Shown here: positions 1 through 11,120 of the stretch, piece after piece
How positions within the stretch are numbered: the first letter of the stretch is position 1
Layout: each line of letters starts with the position of its first letter
NCBI GenBank assembly: GCA_046292385.1
Contig: JBKBRF010000001.1
Span: 191,305-255,304, forward strand
Source: Armatimonadota bacterium
GTDB taxonomy: Bacteria; Armatimonadota; SYMT01
Length of the DNA: 64,000 nt
Direction: 5' to 3'
Translations under genes and position numbers: made by a program
Notes under the pieces: generated by a model
Told to the model about the DNA's origin: nothing
What the model saw: the letters and a program-made list of their open reading frames with translations, nothing else
Database searches by the model: none

Positions 1-1077
1 CTGCGAGTACTACCTTCTGGCTTCCAGCAGTTCGGGGCGGTCCACTTCCATAATGTAGACAACCAACTGCAGGAGGCTTACGACCGCGCCAGACAGCTCG
101 TTACCCTCTCTGTGGTTCAAGGCACCATGGCCGGCCGATGCCGGGATCTCGGACGCATGCCGGGTGCTATCCATGCTGGTTTTCGGGCCTTCGGCCAGAT
201 GGCGGAGCACGCGCAGTCACATGGACATGACTGCATACTCACCGGTCAGAACGCCGATAATGTATCGCAATTGGGCAATACCCGTATCGTCACTCCGAGG
301 AACATCCTGCGTAATTTGCTTCTCCACGGGACGACCGGGAACGTAGCGAAAACGTATCTGACCCGCACCGTTACAAACCACTTCGAGCAGGTGAGCCGGC
401 GCCTCAGGCGTTTCTACTGCGATCACATTCTAACCTACCGGGGTGAAGAACCTGGGCTCTCGATGCTGAAGGTGTTCGCGAGCTATTGCAACTCAAATCC
501 GTTCTATCGTGACTTCGCCAGCTTCGGATTCTTGCCCGAGAGCGTACACCGGCGGTGGTGGGAACGCCTGGAGGCAAACGCGACGTTGGTTAATTCACTG
601 GAAGGGCTGAGTCTGCGTCAGAAGATGCTCGTGCTCTTCAGTCGCTGTTACATCATTGCTGGTGATGCAAAGGTGATCGTCACCACGGGAGCCGCGGCGG
701 GGCTTCCTAGCTGGCAGGTCTACACTACGCCTCCCGTCTATCGCTACTTCTTCAACTACCGTCCGCCCGCACGGGACATTCTGAAGCCAAAGCGGACGAT
801 ACGGGAGTTTGCGAACGTTCGCAGGGCACCGGCGGTGAGTGTAGAGTCCATCGTGAACGACCAGCAGCGGGTGAGACGCTTCGCAGGTCGGGATGTGTAT
901 CCGGTGAATCCAGAGGCACCCTTCGAGATCGAGCTCCAGGAGCTGCAGTCGCTGTTCCCCTGGATCCATACCGGCTCGCTTGCCTCTGTAGAGAGATACG
1001 CAAGGCCGCGGGAGAATACGATATCGCACATCTACGGGCTGGTGACGAAGGACTTCACGCCTCGCCTGTCTCCGTGA
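1..1077 (+). CDS. 5'-truncated protein, possibly asparagine synthase-like C-terminal domain, part of the glycan cluster
   Basis: Frame 1 is open from base 1 to TGA at 1077; ILTGQNADNV resembles the (L)SGxGaDE motif of Asn synthase-like proteins; visibly less GC-rich than core genes. Confidence 0.4.
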   Translation: MRVLPSGFQQFGAVHFHNVDNQLQEAYDRARQLVTLSVVQGTMAGRCRDLGRMPGAIHAGFRAFGQMAEHAQSHGHDCILTGQNADNVSQLGNTRIVTPRNILRNLLLHGTTGNVAKTYLTRTVTNHFEQVSRRLRRFYCDHILTYRGEEPGLSMLKVFASYCNSNPFYRDFASFGFLPESVHRRWWERLEANATLVNSLEGLSLRQKMLVLFSRCYIIAGDAKVIVTTGAAAGLPSWQVYTTPPVYRYFFNYRPPARDILKPKRTIREFANVRRAPAVSVESIVNDQQRVRRFAGRDVYPVNPEAPFEIELQELQSLFPWIHTGSLASVERYARPRENTISHIYGLVTKDFTPRLSP

Positions 1078-1401
1078 AGGCGGACGAGGCGCCGGGCTCT
1101 GTTTGCGGGTTGTGTCGCTGAGCCTGCGGTAGCGGCGGGGGGACCGAAGACGGGTTCGGGTCGTCGAGAGCTCTATCGCGCGACCACCCAACAAGACCAC
1201 GGCGAGCGGCAGGACCTCCGGTTCACATGGACGCCGAGGTGGAAGCCCTGGATGGCGTTTGCGATCACGATGTCGTCCCGCCTATCGGTGGGGGGCGATT
1301 CATTGGCTGGGCAGAGTGGCTCTGAACGAGGGCACGGGCGGAGAGCTGCGGACCGGGATGACGCCAAGGGGTGAGGCGGGACCCGCTTGCGGGCCGGCGT
1401 A

Positions 1402-1540
1402 TGGAGTGCGGGAGCTTGCTGCCGCTTTGGGGAGCCGACCGTTCCCGTAGTCTGCTCTCGGGCGACCGCAAGCGGTCGCAGGTTGCGACGCGTCGTGCTC
1501 GCAGCCGGCGGTGAAAGCGGGAGCAAGCTCCCGCACTCCA
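1402..1540. repeat. Inverted pair of 27-bp REP-like elements
   Basis: TGGAGTGCGGGAGCTTGCTGCCGCTTT (1402-1428) and AAAGCGGGAGCAAGCTCCCGCACTCCA (1514-1540) are reverse complements with 1 mismatch; each is internally palindromic. Confidence 0.85.
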
Positions 1541-1985
1541 AGGCCTTCGGCCGGCGTAGACGTAGGACGCTCGTGGTCTGGCGGTCGGGTGCACCAGATC
1601 GGGAGACGCTCCCGCCTCGCCGCCCTTGCGGCTTGGGGCTGCCCGATACCTGCATCGCACCGCGGTGGGGGAGTGCTCGCGCTCCACAGAGCGGCGGCCT
1701 GACCGTGCACAAGCGCGCTCCGCGATGCCGGTTGTTCACGGTACCTCCCTCCGTCCGTCTTTCATGAATGGAAACGTCGATGTGCCCGGATCTTCGCTTC
1801 CACGAGGCTCACACCTTTCGCACGCACGCGGTCGTGGAGTGATCGTCCCCACGAGGGGCAGGTGGAAGGTATCCCTGCACCGGATCCGGAAGGCTCCGCG
1901 GCTGGCGCTGGCATCCGGCGACTTTCAGCTCCACGTCAGAGGTATCATTCCGGTGGAACTGAGAGAGTGGAAGGTGGTCAGCTAG

Positions 1986-2876
1986 ATGAAGGGCATCATT
2001 CTGGCGGGCGGCAGCGGGACGCGGCTCCACCCCGTGACCCAGGCGATCTCCAAGCAGCTCCTGCCGATCTACGACAAGCCGATGATCTACTACCCGCTGA
2101 GCGTGCTGATGCTCGCCGGGATCCGGGAGATCCTGCTGATCTCCACGCCGCAGGACCTGCCCCTCTTCCGCCGCCTGCTGGGGGACGGCTCCCAGTTCGG
2201 AATCCAGCTCGACTACGCGGAGCAGCCCCGCCCGGAAGGTCTGGCGCAAGCGTTCCTGATCGGGCGGGAGTTCCTGGCCGGCGGGCCGGCCGCCCTGATC
2301 CTGGGCGACAATCTCTTCTACGGCAGCGGTCTGCCCCACGTGCTCCGGCGCGCTGCCGCGCAGACTAGGGGGGCGACGATCTTCGGCTACCGCGTGCGCG
2401 ATCCGCAGCGGTACGGGGTGGTGGAGTTCGGCCCGAACGGCGAGCCGCTCTCGATCGAGGAAAAGCCGCCGCACCCGAAGAGCGACTTCGCGGTGGTTGG
2501 GCTCTACTTCTACGACCGGGACGTGACCGAGATCGCGGCGCAGGTCCGCCCGTCCTGGCGGAACGAGCTCGAGATCACCGACGTGAACCGGGCGTACCTG
2601 GAGCGCGGGGATCTCCGGGCGGAGCGGCTGCCGCGAGGGATGGCCTGGCTCGATACCGGCACGCACGACGCCCTGCTGCAGGCAAGCAACTACATCGCCG
2701 CGATCGAGCAGCGCCAGGGTTTGAAGGTCGCCTGCCTGGAAGAGGTCGCGTACGAACTGGGCTACATTTCCACCGCGCAGCTCCTGGAGCAGGCGGAGCG
2801 GCTCAAGAATTCCGAATACGCGGAGTACCTTCGGCGACTGGCAGGAGAGTGCAGCGAGGCTCGCCGCGCGACGTAG
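1986..2876 (+). CDS. rfbA: Glucose-1-phosphate thymidylyltransferase
   Basis: [44 protein letters not shown]. Confidence 0.97.
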   Translation: MKGIILAGGSGTRLHPVTQAISKQLLPIYDKPMIYYPLSVLMLAGIREILLISTPQDLPLFRRLLGDGSQFGIQLDYAEQPRPEGLAQAFLIGREFLAGGPAALILGDNLFYGSGLPHVLRRAAAQTRGATIFGYRVRDPQRYGVVEFGPNGEPLSIEEKPPHPKSDFAVVGLYFYDRDVTEIAAQVRPSWRNELEITDVNRAYLERGDLRAERLPRGMAWLDTGTHDALLQASNYIAAIEQRQGLKVACLEEVAYELGYISTAQLLEQAERLKNSEYAEYLRRLAGECSEARRAT

Positions 2877-2903
2877 CTGCGCCCTGCGGCTGCGCAGCGG
2901 TAG

Positions 2904-3947
2904 ATGGCATCCATGACTGAATTCTCGCCTCGGAACGTACTGGTAACCGGCGGTGCCGGCTTCATCGGCTCCAACTGGGTGCGGTCCGCGCTGGCGACCG
3001 ACGCCGACGTGCGGATCGTCAACCTCGATCTCCTGACTTACGCCGGCAGCCCGGAGAACCTGCGAGACCTGCCGGATCCCGCGCGGCACCAATTGGTGGA
3101 AGGCGACATCGCCGACCGGCCTCTCGTCGACCGCCTTCTGCGCGAGCGCGAGATCGACACGATCGTTCACTTCGCGGCGGAGAGCCACGTCGACCGCTCC
3201 ATCGCGGGGCCGGACGCGTTCATCCACACCAACGTGCTGGGGACCTTCACACTGCTGGAAGCGGCCCGCCGCTGGTGGCTGGAGGAGCAACGGTTACCCG
3301 CCGCTCGCATCCGGTTCCACCACATCTCGACCGACGAAGTCTATGGGAGCCTGGGGCCCGGAGATCCGCCGTTTACGGAGGAGACCGCGTACGATCCCAG
3401 CTCTCCCTACTCCGCCAGTAAGGCCGGCTCCGATCACCTGGTGCAGGCCTATCATCGGACCTACGGGCTTCCGGTAACGATCACCAACTGTTCAAACAAC
3501 TACGGGCCGCGCCAGCACGCGGAGAAGTTCATCCCCACGATTATCCGAAAGTGCCTTGCGCAGGAGGCGATTCCGGTCTATGGCGATGGTACGAACGTGC
3601 GCGACTGGCTCTACGTCGAGGACCACTGCCGCGGCGTCGATACCGTGCTGCGGCGGGGAGACGTGGGCCGGACCTACAACATCGGCGGAAACAACGAGTG
3701 GAGCAACATCGAGATCGCCCGGCTGATCTGCCGCGCGATGGACGAGCGCTCCCCCGCGAAGGCGCCGCACGAACGCCTTATCCGTTTCGTGACGGACCGG
3801 CCCGGGCACGACTGGCGGTATGCGGTCGATATCTCTCGCATCCGGCGGGAACTCGGGTGGGAGCCGCGGGAGAGCTTCGAGACAGGCCTGGAAAAGACGC
3901 TCGACTGGTACCTGGGGGCGTGGGGTGAGGCCGGCCCGCCGGTCTAG
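2904..3947 (+). CDS. rfbB: dTDP-glucose 4,6-dehydratase
   Basis: VTGGAGFIG, HFAAESHVDRSI, ISTDEVYG, YSASK, DRPGHD; alternative start at 2913. Confidence 0.97.
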   Translation: MASMTEFSPRNVLVTGGAGFIGSNWVRSALATDADVRIVNLDLLTYAGSPENLRDLPDPARHQLVEGDIADRPLVDRLLREREIDTIVHFAAESHVDRSIAGPDAFIHTNVLGTFTLLEAARRWWLEEQRLPAARIRFHHISTDEVYGSLGPGDPPFTEETAYDPSSPYSASKAGSDHLVQAYHRTYGLPVTITNCSNNYGPRQHAEKFIPTIIRKCLAQEAIPVYGDGTNVRDWLYVEDHCRGVDTVLRRGDVGRTYNIGGNNEWSNIEIARLICRAMDERSPAKAPHERLIRFVTDRPGHDWRYAVDISRIRRELGWEPRESFETGLEKTLDWYLGAWGEAGPPV

Positions 3948-3963
3948 CGCCGGGGAGACGGGG

Positions 3964-4968
3964 ATGACGATGGCAGCGGCTCTCGATCCAAGTTCCGGCG
4001 TTTCCGCCGCGGCGCCCGGTCAGGAGCTTCCCTCGGTCTCCGTCGTCGTACCGGTCTACCAGAGCGAAGGCTCTCTCCCGCTGCTCGTCGAGCGGCTGGC
4101 GGCAGTGCTCCCGCAAGTGGCCCGGAAGTTCGAGGTGGTGCTGGTCAACGACGGTAGCCGGGACCGGAGCTGGGAGGTGGTCTGCCGTCTGGCGGCCGCC
4201 TACCCGTGGGTCCGCGGCCTCGACCTGATGCGGAACTACGGCCAGCACAACGCGCTCCTCTCCGGGATTAGGGCTGCCCGCTACGACGTGATCGTGACGC
4301 TGGACGATGACCTGCAGAACCCGCCTGAAGAGATTCCGACGCTGCTGGACCGGCTGGGGGAGGGGTTCGACGTGGTCTACGGCGCTCCCCAGCGTGAGCA
4401 GCACGGACTGCTGCGCGACCTCGCCTCGAAGATCACCAAGCTGGCGCTGCAGAATGCCATGGGCGCGGAAACTGCGCGGAGCGTGAGCGCCTACCGCGCG
4501 TTTCGGTCCGATCTGCGGAACGCGTTCGTCAACTACCAGAGCAGCTTCGTGTCGATCGACGTGCTGCTTACGTGGGGCGGCTCCCGCTTCACCGCCGTGA
4601 CGGTGCGTCACGAGCCGCGGAAGATCGGCCGCTCCAACTACAGCGTCTCGAAGTTGATCCTCCACGCGCTGAACATGGTCACCGGCTTCAGCGTGGTGCC
4701 GCTGCAGATCGCAAGCATCACCGGCTTCGGCTTCACGCTCTTCGGCATGCTGGTGCTCGCCTATGTCCTCGGGCGCTACCTGATCGAAGGGGGGAGTGTC
4801 CCCGGCTTCCCGTTCCTCGCTTCGCTCATCGCCATCTTCTCCGGGGCCCAACTCTTCGCTCTTGGCGTCATCGGTGAGTACATTGCCCGGATTCACTTCC
4901 GGATGATGGAACGTCCCTCGTATGCCGTGCGAAGCGAGACGTCCCGGCCTGGCACCGGGGCGCCGTGA
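3964..4968 (+). CDS. GT2 glycosyltransferase, ArnC/GtrB-like (polyprenyl-phosphate glycosyltransferase)
   Basis: VVVPVY, NDGSRD, RNYGQHNA, DDDLQNPPE, two C-terminal TM helices, RPSY tail; GGAG upstream of ATG 3964. Confidence 0.88.
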   Translation: MTMAAALDPSSGVSAAAPGQELPSVSVVVPVYQSEGSLPLLVERLAAVLPQVARKFEVVLVNDGSRDRSWEVVCRLAAAYPWVRGLDLMRNYGQHNALLSGIRAARYDVIVTLDDDLQNPPEEIPTLLDRLGEGFDVVYGAPQREQHGLLRDLASKITKLALQNAMGAETARSVSAYRAFRSDLRNAFVNYQSSFVSIDVLLTWGGSRFTAVTVRHEPRKIGRSNYSVSKLILHALNMVTGFSVVPLQIASITGFGFTLFGMLVLAYVLGRYLIEGGSVPGFPFLASLIAIFSGAQLFALGVIGEYIARIHFRMMERPSYAVRSETSRPGTGAP

Positions 4969-5744
4969 GCATCGTGATGGTTGGTAGTGAGCTCTACGAG
5001 CTGCTTCCCTGGGACTCGGAGTTCTTCGGGGTTCCCATCGCGCGGATGGTTGGACACCACGCGGATACGCACCGCCTGACAGACGCCGTGAACGGCTGCC
5101 GTGCGCGAGGCATCGCATGCCTCTACTTTCTGGCCAGCAGTGACGATCCGACGACGGTCCGGAGTGCCGAGGATTGCGGTTTCCGCCTGGTGGACGTGAG
5201 GGTGACGCTCCGCCATTCGCTGCACAGCATTCCGAAGGGCGACAGCACCGCGTCGGCCGCGTCGGACCATCCCATATTCCTAGCTTCGTCCGAGGATGCG
5301 GCAGCGCTGGCCGACCTGGTCGGTGACAGCTTTCAACACTCGCGGTTCTATTTCGACCCAGGTTTTCCGCGGGATCGCTGCCGGGCCCTCTACCGAACCT
5401 GGCTTCTAAAGAGCTGTCATGGCGGAGCCGATGCCGTGTTTGTGGCGGGTCCGTTAGACGCTCCAGCCGGCTATGCGACGTGTACGCTGCGTGACTCCGG
5501 ACAGCGTGCGGAGCTCGGATTGATGGGCGTCGCGGATGAATTCCGCGGCCGCGGCCTCGGAGTGAAGCTGGTGCGGAGCCTGCTGACCTGGTGCCAGGAG
5601 CGGGGAGTTGCCTCCGTAGACGTGGTAACGCAGGGCCGGAACCTCGCAGCACAACGCCTCTATCAGCGCTGCGGCTTTCTAACCACTGACGTGAAGCTCT
5701 GGTATCATTGCTGGTTGGATCCGGGGCAGGACCCCTACGAGTGA
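4965..5744 (+). CDS. GNAT acetyltransferase, dTDP-fucosamine acetyltransferase (WecD/RffC)-like
   Basis: LPWDSEFFG, HSRF, RGRGLG, VVTQGRNLAAQRLYQRCGF; GTGA overlaps with both neighbours. Confidence 0.82.
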   Translation: MSIVMVGSELYELLPWDSEFFGVPIARMVGHHADTHRLTDAVNGCRARGIACLYFLASSDDPTTVRSAEDCGFRLVDVRVTLRHSLHSIPKGDSTASAASDHPIFLASSEDAAALADLVGDSFQHSRFYFDPGFPRDRCRALYRTWLLKSCHGGADAVFVAGPLDAPAGYATCTLRDSGQRAELGLMGVADEFRGRGLGVKLVRSLLTWCQERGVASVDVVTQGRNLAAQRLYQRCGFLTTDVKLWYHCWLDPGQDPYE

Positions 5745-6883
5745 ACGAGCGGACCTCCATCCCTTTCAATAGGCCGTTCCTGGCCGGCAAAGAGCTGTAC
5801 TACATCGCCGAGTGCATCATGAACGGGCATGCCTCCGGCGATGGTCCGTTCACCCAGCGCTGTCGCACCCTGCTGGAGGCGGCGCTCGAGGTGCCTCGGG
5901 TGCTGCTGACCACCTCCTGCACCGCCGCGCTGGAGATGTCGGCACTGCTGCTCGATTTCCAGCCCGGCGACGAAGTGATCGTGCCGAGCTTCACCTTCGT
6001 CTCGACCGTCAACGCCTTCGTGCTGCGGGGCGCCCGGCCGGTCTTCGCCGATATCCGGCCGGATACGCTGAACCTGGACGAGGCTCAGCTCGAAAGCCTG
6101 GTGACCCCACGCACCCGCGCGGTTGTGCCGGTCCACTACGCGGGCGTGGCGTGCGAGATGAGCGCGATCGGAGACGTCGCGGAGCGTCACGGGCTGGCGG
6201 TGGTGGAGGACAACGCGCACGGTCTCTTCGGCCGCTACCATGGTCGCTACCTCGGCACCTTCGGCGCGCTTGCTACGCAGAGCTTTCACGAAACGAAGAA
6301 CTTCACCTGCGGCGAGGGGGGCGCGCTGCTGATCAACCGCCCGGATCTGGTAGAGCGGGCGGAGATCATCCGGGAGAAGGGCACCAACCGCAGCCTCTTC
6401 TTCCGCGGACAGGTCGACAAGTATACCTGGGTCGACGTCGGCTCCAGCTACCTCCCTTCGGATATCCTGGCCGCCTTCCTCTACGCGCAGCTCCAGGAAC
6501 GCGACGCGATTCAGGCGATCCGCCGCCGGATCTGGGAGGGGTACCAGGCGGGACTGCAGGACTGGGCCGAGAGCCGCGGCATTGCGCTGCCGTGGGTGCC
6601 GCCGCACTGCGAGCAGTCATACCACATGTTCTACCTGCTGCTCCCGTCGCCGGGGCAGCGCACCGAGTTCCTCACCCATCTCCGGGCGCGCGGCATCCAC
6701 GCGATCTTCCACTACCAGCCGCTCCATATCTCCGAGATGGGCCGTCGCTTCGGCGGCCGGCCGGGCCAATGCCCGGTCACCGAGTCGATCAGCGACCGCC
6801 TGGTACGGCTGCCGTTCTACGGGACGCTCTCCCCGGAGGAGCAGGGGCGGGTGATCGCCGCGGTGCGGGAGTTCAAGGGATGA
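5741..6883 (+). CDS. wecE: dTDP-4-amino-4,6-dideoxygalactose transaminase (DegT/DnrJ family)
   Basis: IPFNRP, SGDGPFT, TSCTAALEM, SFHETKN (PLP Lys), EKGTNRS, DKYTWVD. Confidence 0.92.
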   Translation: MNERTSIPFNRPFLAGKELYYIAECIMNGHASGDGPFTQRCRTLLEAALEVPRVLLTTSCTAALEMSALLLDFQPGDEVIVPSFTFVSTVNAFVLRGARPVFADIRPDTLNLDEAQLESLVTPRTRAVVPVHYAGVACEMSAIGDVAERHGLAVVEDNAHGLFGRYHGRYLGTFGALATQSFHETKNFTCGEGGALLINRPDLVERAEIIREKGTNRSLFFRGQVDKYTWVDVGSSYLPSDILAAFLYAQLQERDAIQAIRRRIWEGYQAGLQDWAESRGIALPWVPPHCEQSYHMFYLLLPSPGQRTEFLTHLRARGIHAIFHYQPLHISEMGRRFGGRPGQCPVTESISDRLVRLPFYGTLSPEEQGRVIAAVREFKG

Positions 6884-6933
6884 AGGATGAAGGATGAAGG
6901 ATGAAGGATGAAGGATGAAGGATGAAGGATGAA
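6878..6933 (+). repeat. Tandem heptamer array (GGATGAA)8
   Basis: 8 perfect units; the first contains the wecE TGA. Confidence 0.97.
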
Positions 6934-7017
6934 TCCGAACCCTCCGTGAGCGGATGCTCCTGCTGCTCTGGAAACAGCCGTCGAGCTGTAGCACGGCGGG
7001 TCAGCACTCCGGCGCGG

Positions 7018-7115
7018 CCTAACCCCCCAAACCCCCTTCCCTGAAGTGGAAGGGGGAGTAGCAGCATCACACCCGTAGCTTCCCTCTCCTCTCAGGAGAG
7101 GGACCGACGGTGAGG
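7018..7115. repeat. Pair of CCCTCTCC/[12 protein letters not shown] REP-like hairpins
   Basis: CCCCCTTCC-n-GGAAGGGGG and CCCTCTCCT-n-AGGAGAGGG...GGTGAGG; related to copies at 21238 and 29532. Confidence 0.65.
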
Positions 7116-7454
7116 CCCCGTGAGCAGGAGCCGCCGCCGCACTTCTCCTGGCCGCGGGTGACCGGGCGGGTCAGCGACAACTCTTACTCTTGCTCCTGCT
7201 CGCTGGCGACTCTCGCTCTCCGGCACGTCCTCGCCGGGAGCGGGTAGCATTCCCGACGGCGGGGCTTCAAGGACCCGGCTGTAGACCTCGCCGGGAGCAC
7301 CCTGTACGGCACTGCGAGGGATCGACCTCTCGGCCCGAGTTTCTCTCCAACCCTCTGTCGCTCCGTCTCTCCGTCCCCGAAGGGCGGGGACATGGAAGCG
7401 GGTGAGATAATGAGGAAAGCGCCCGCGGCCGTTCGCGGGCCTGGTGCCACGACC

Positions 7455-9518
7455 ATGCAGCGCTCCTTCCACTCGATCTACTCCCACGGCTTCGTCCGCG
7501 CGGCGGTCTGCATCCCACGGGTCACCGTGGCCGACCCGTACTTCAACGTGGACCGCACGCTCGACCTGGCCCGGGAGGTCTCCGCCCGCCACGGGGCGGT
7601 GGCGCTCTTCCCCGAGCTCGGCCTCTCCGCTTATTCGAACGAGGACCTGTTCCAGCAGGACGCGCTGCTCGACGCCTGCCTGGCGGCGCTGGCGCGGGTG
7701 GTGGAGGAGAGCCGCGGTCTCACCCCGGTGCTGCTCGTCGGAGCGCCGCTGCGGTTCGAGGGGAAGCTCTTCAACTGCGCCGTGGTGATCTACCGGGGGC
7801 GAGTGCTCGGCGTGGTGCCGAAGTCGTACCTGCCGAACTACCGTGAGTTCTACGAAAAGCGGCAGTTCACGTCCGGCCGGGATGCGGTGGCGCGCGAGGT
7901 GACCCTGCTGGGGCAGCAGGTGCCGTTCGGCAGCGACCTGCTCTTCGAGGACGAGACGATCCCCGGGTTCGTGCTGCACGTGGAGATCTGCGAGGATGTC
8001 TGGACGCCGATCCCGCCCAGCTCCTACGCCGCGCTGGCGGGGGCGACCGTGCTGGCGAACCTCTCCGCCAGCAACATCACGGTCGGCAAGGCGGAGTGGC
8101 GGCACGCCCTCTGTGCCTCGCAGTCCGGCAAGTGCCTCGCCGCCTATCTCTACTCTGCCGCCGGTCCGGGCGAGTCGACCACCGACCTGGCGTGGGACGG
8201 CCACGCGATGATCTACGAGAACGGCGAGGAGCTGGCGAGCTCCGAGCGCTTCGCGCGGGAGCCGCAGGTGATCTTCGCCGACATCGACCTGGAGCGGCTG
8301 CGCCAGGAGCGGATGCGGATGACCAGCTTCCACGACTGCGCGGGGGAGCACCGGGAGCGCCTGCAGCGGGTGCGCCGCGTTCCGTTTCGCTTCGAGCTGC
8401 CGGCTGACCCGGTCCCGCTCCTCCGGAGTGTTCCTCGCTTCCCCTACGTGCCGAGCGATCCCCGCGTGCTCGACCAGCGCTGCTACGAGGCGTACAACAT
8501 CCAGATCCACGGGTTGATGAAGCGTCTCGCCGCGACCGGTGTCCAGCGGGTGGTGATCGGTGTCTCGGGCGGCCTCGATTCGACGCAGGCGCTCATCGTC
8601 GCGGCGAAGACGATGGACCGGCTGGGGCTACCGCGCACGAATATCCTCGCCTACACGATGCCGGGCTTTGCCACCACCGAGCACACGCTGAAGAACGCGC
8701 ACCGGCTGATGCGGGCGCTCGGCGTCACCGGGGAGGAGATCGACATCCGGCCTTCCTGCCGGCAGATGCTGGCGGATCTCGGTCACCCGTTCTCCAAGGG
8801 AGATCCGGTCTACGACATCACCTTCGAGAACGTCCAGGCCGGCGAGCGAACCTCCCACCTCTTCCGGCTCGCCAACTTCCACCACGGGTTGGTGCTGGGG
8901 ACCGGGGACCTGAGTGAGCAGGCACTCGGGTGGGCGACCTACGGCGTCGGCGATCAGATGTCGCACTACAACGTCAACACCTCCGTCCCCAAGACGCTGA
9001 TCCAGCAGCTCATCCGCTGGGTGGCGCAGACGGACGAGCTGGGGAGTGAGGCGAGCGAGGTGCTGCGGTCGATTCTCGCGACGGAGATCTCGCCCGAGCT
9101 GGTCCCCGGCCGTGAGGGAGACGAGGGTCCCGCCCAGAGCACCGAGGCGAAGATCGGCCCGTACGAGCTCCAGGACTTCAACCTCTACTACGTCAGCCGG
9201 TTCGGGTTCCGGCCGAGCAAAGTCGCCTTCCTGGCGCTGCACGCGTGGGGCGAGCGGGACCGAGGCGCCTGGCCGTCGCTGCTCCCGGAGGAGCGGCGAC
9301 GCGAGTACGATCTCCCCACTATCAAGCACTGGCTGGAGGTCTTCCTCTACCGCTTCTTCCAGATCAGCCAGTTCAAGCGCAGCGCCATGCCGAACGGCCC
9401 GAAGGTCGGCTCCGGCGGCTCCCTCTCCCCCCGCGGCGACTGGCGTGCGCCCAGCGACTCCGACGCCACCATCTGGCTCGAGGAGCTCAAAGCCAACGTC
9501 CCGGATCTTGAGGGATGA
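7455..9518 (+). CDS. nadE: Glutamine-dependent NAD+ synthetase
   Basis: N-terminal nitrilase domain ([22 protein letters not shown]) plus synthetase domain ([24 protein letters not shown]); start could be 7392 or 7410. Confidence 0.95.
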   Translation: MQRSFHSIYSHGFVRAAVCIPRVTVADPYFNVDRTLDLAREVSARHGAVALFPELGLSAYSNEDLFQQDALLDACLAALARVVEESRGLTPVLLVGAPLRFEGKLFNCAVVIYRGRVLGVVPKSYLPNYREFYEKRQFTSGRDAVAREVTLLGQQVPFGSDLLFEDETIPGFVLHVEICEDVWTPIPPSSYAALAGATVLANLSASNITVGKAEWRHALCASQSGKCLAAYLYSAAGPGESTTDLAWDGHAMIYENGEELASSERFAREPQVIFADIDLERLRQERMRMTSFHDCAGEHRERLQRVRRVPFRFELPADPVPLLRSVPRFPYVPSDPRVLDQRCYEAYNIQIHGLMKRLAATGVQRVVIGVSGGLDSTQALIVAAKTMDRLGLPRTNILAYTMPGFATTEHTLKNAHRLMRALGVTGEEIDIRPSCRQMLADLGHPFSKGDPVYDITFENVQAGERTSHLFRLANFHHGLVLGTGDLSEQALGWATYGVGDQMSHYNVNTSVPKTLIQQLIRWVAQTDELGSEASEVLRSILATEISPELVPGREGDEGPAQSTEAKIGPYELQDFNLYYVSRFGFRPSKVAFLALHAWGERDRGAWPSLLPEERRREYDLPTIKHWLEVFLYRFFQISQFKRSAMPNGPKVGSGGSLSPRGDWRAPSDSDATIWLEELKANVPDLEG

Positions 9519-9834
9519 GGGATGAATGCCGCACCTACCGCTTGCGGCGGCGCTTGGCTCGCCGGGCAGAGGGTTCTCTCGAGGCCGCAGCGGCTACTCG
9601 CGAAGCGTGAGACAGGCAGTTCCATCTCCTTATCCCCATCACATCCCCTTATCTCCTTTTCTTACACTGCTCCGGTTTGTGGAAGATGCCGAGTTGGGAG
9701 ATGTCCCAGGGGAGCCTGCTTCTCGTACGAATCCGCCACCCCTCGCAGCCCGGTACACGGGAGACCATGACAGAGAGGGCGCCGCCTCCGGGTGGAAGGG
9801 CGCCCTCTACTCGAATCAGTTCCGCCTGGCCGGA

Positions 9835-10296
9835 TTAGATCGGCGGCGGCGGCGGCGGAGTGCTGTCGTCCTGCGGACCGCCGGCGGCAACCGTTACGGA
9901 TGCCTTCTTAGTGGGTCGCACGTTCCCGCCGTCGGACTCCAGGCCCACGAAGATGTTGGCCACCGTCTTCTTCCGCTTGCTGTTCGCCGGGATGGCGACC
10001 TGGCCGGTGTAGAGGCCGGCGCTGCTGCGGGTGAGGGTGGAGGCGGGGCCGGAGCCGCTCACTCCTTTGAGGCTCGCCCGGGCACTCACGGTGATGTTTT
10101 GGGCGTTCGCTTCCTTCACGCGCACCGTGATATCGACCATGCCACCCTGCGACGGGAGCCGCTTGGGCGTGACGGTCACGCGATTAATCTTCGGGCCGCG
10201 CTTAGGAGCGGCGAACACGGAGGTCGCCAGGCAGCCCGCGGACACTACTAACGCGGCGGCGACTGCCGTAGCCGCCAGCAGAGGACGCTTCATCAT
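9835..10296 (-). CDS. Secreted beta-rich protein with C-terminal poly-Pro (paralog 1)
   Basis: Signal peptide MMKRPLLAATAVAAAL...VFA; GGAG upstream; ends DDSTPPPPPPI. Confidence 0.75.
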   Translation of the reverse strand: MMKRPLLAATAVAAALVVSAGCLATSVFAAPKRGPKINRVTVTPKRLPSQGGMVDITVRVKEANAQNITVSARASLKGVSGSGPASTLTRSSAGLYTGQVAIPANSKRKKTVANIFVGLESDGGNVRPTKKASVTVAAGGPQDDSTPPPPPPI

Positions 10297-10467
10297 TCTG
10301 GTCAGGTCTCCCGGGGGAAGCGGGGCTTCCGGAGTAGTGCGGAGAGGGTCCGGTAGAGGAGAGGCTTCAGTATTCAGACGACAATACGCCTCCGAATGCC
10401 TCCCGGATCTAATGTCTATAAGATGCCTGTCGGTCGCCGCGAGTTCCGGCCGCATGCCAGGCAAGCG

Positions 10468-10914
10468 CTAATTGCTTGGCGGCGGCGGGGGCGAGCTGTC
10501 ATTCCATGGCAGCACCTTGATGGTGCCGACCCGGCGCTGAACGGGCACACCGTTCTCCGCGGTAGTGACGTACACGTACACAAAACCCTTCACGGTCCGC
10601 CGCGACGAGTTGACCGGCACCCGGAGAGTTCCCTGGAAGAACCGGCCGCTCGGCTGGAGAGCAGCGGTGGGGCCCGCGATTCCGGGCAGGCTGACCTGCC
10701 CCTCTACCTGGTCGACGGTGACGCCGCTGGCGTTCACCTTGACGCGGACCAGCAGCTCGCGGCCGTCTCCCGGAACTTTCCCGGGTTTCAGCGTCTTCGC
10801 CGTCACCGTGACTCCCGTCCGCCGGCCCTTGGGAGCGGCCCCGGCGACTGCCGTCAGGGAGCCGCAGAGCAGCAGGGCGGTAAGCGCGGTGACGAATGGG
10901 ACGAGTCGACGCAT
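10468..10914 (-). CDS. Secreted beta-rich protein with C-terminal poly-Pro (paralog 2)
   Basis: Signal peptide MRRLVPFVTALTALLL...; ends NDSSPPPPPSN; aligns by eye with the neighbouring gene. Confidence 0.75.
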   Translation of the reverse strand: MRRLVPFVTALTALLLCGSLTAVAGAAPKGRRTGVTVTAKTLKPGKVPGDGRELLVRVKVNASGVTVDQVEGQVSLPGIAGPTAALQPSGRFFQGTLRVPVNSSRRTVKGFVYVYVTTAENGVPVQRRVGTIKVLPWNDSSPPPPPSN

Positions 10915-11120
10915 GGATGCTCTCGCTAACACAGCAGACACCCCGCTTGGTTCTGCGTCGAATGAGACAACTCCTCCTATGCTCCCGCGGGCAATGATAT
11001 TTCTCCCCCGGATGAGCGCCGCGGACATAAAAACGCGGAGGCGCAAAGCTGGCGTCAGCCGGTAGAGCCGGTGCCGCCGCTTCGCGCCTCCGCGTTCGTA
11101 CGGAGGTGCAGACCGTGGAG

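Noticed and set aside
1078..1985. ORFs in the spacer before rfbA
   Set aside because: No motifs and they cross REP-like repeats; a short ORF at about 1764-1985 cannot be supported
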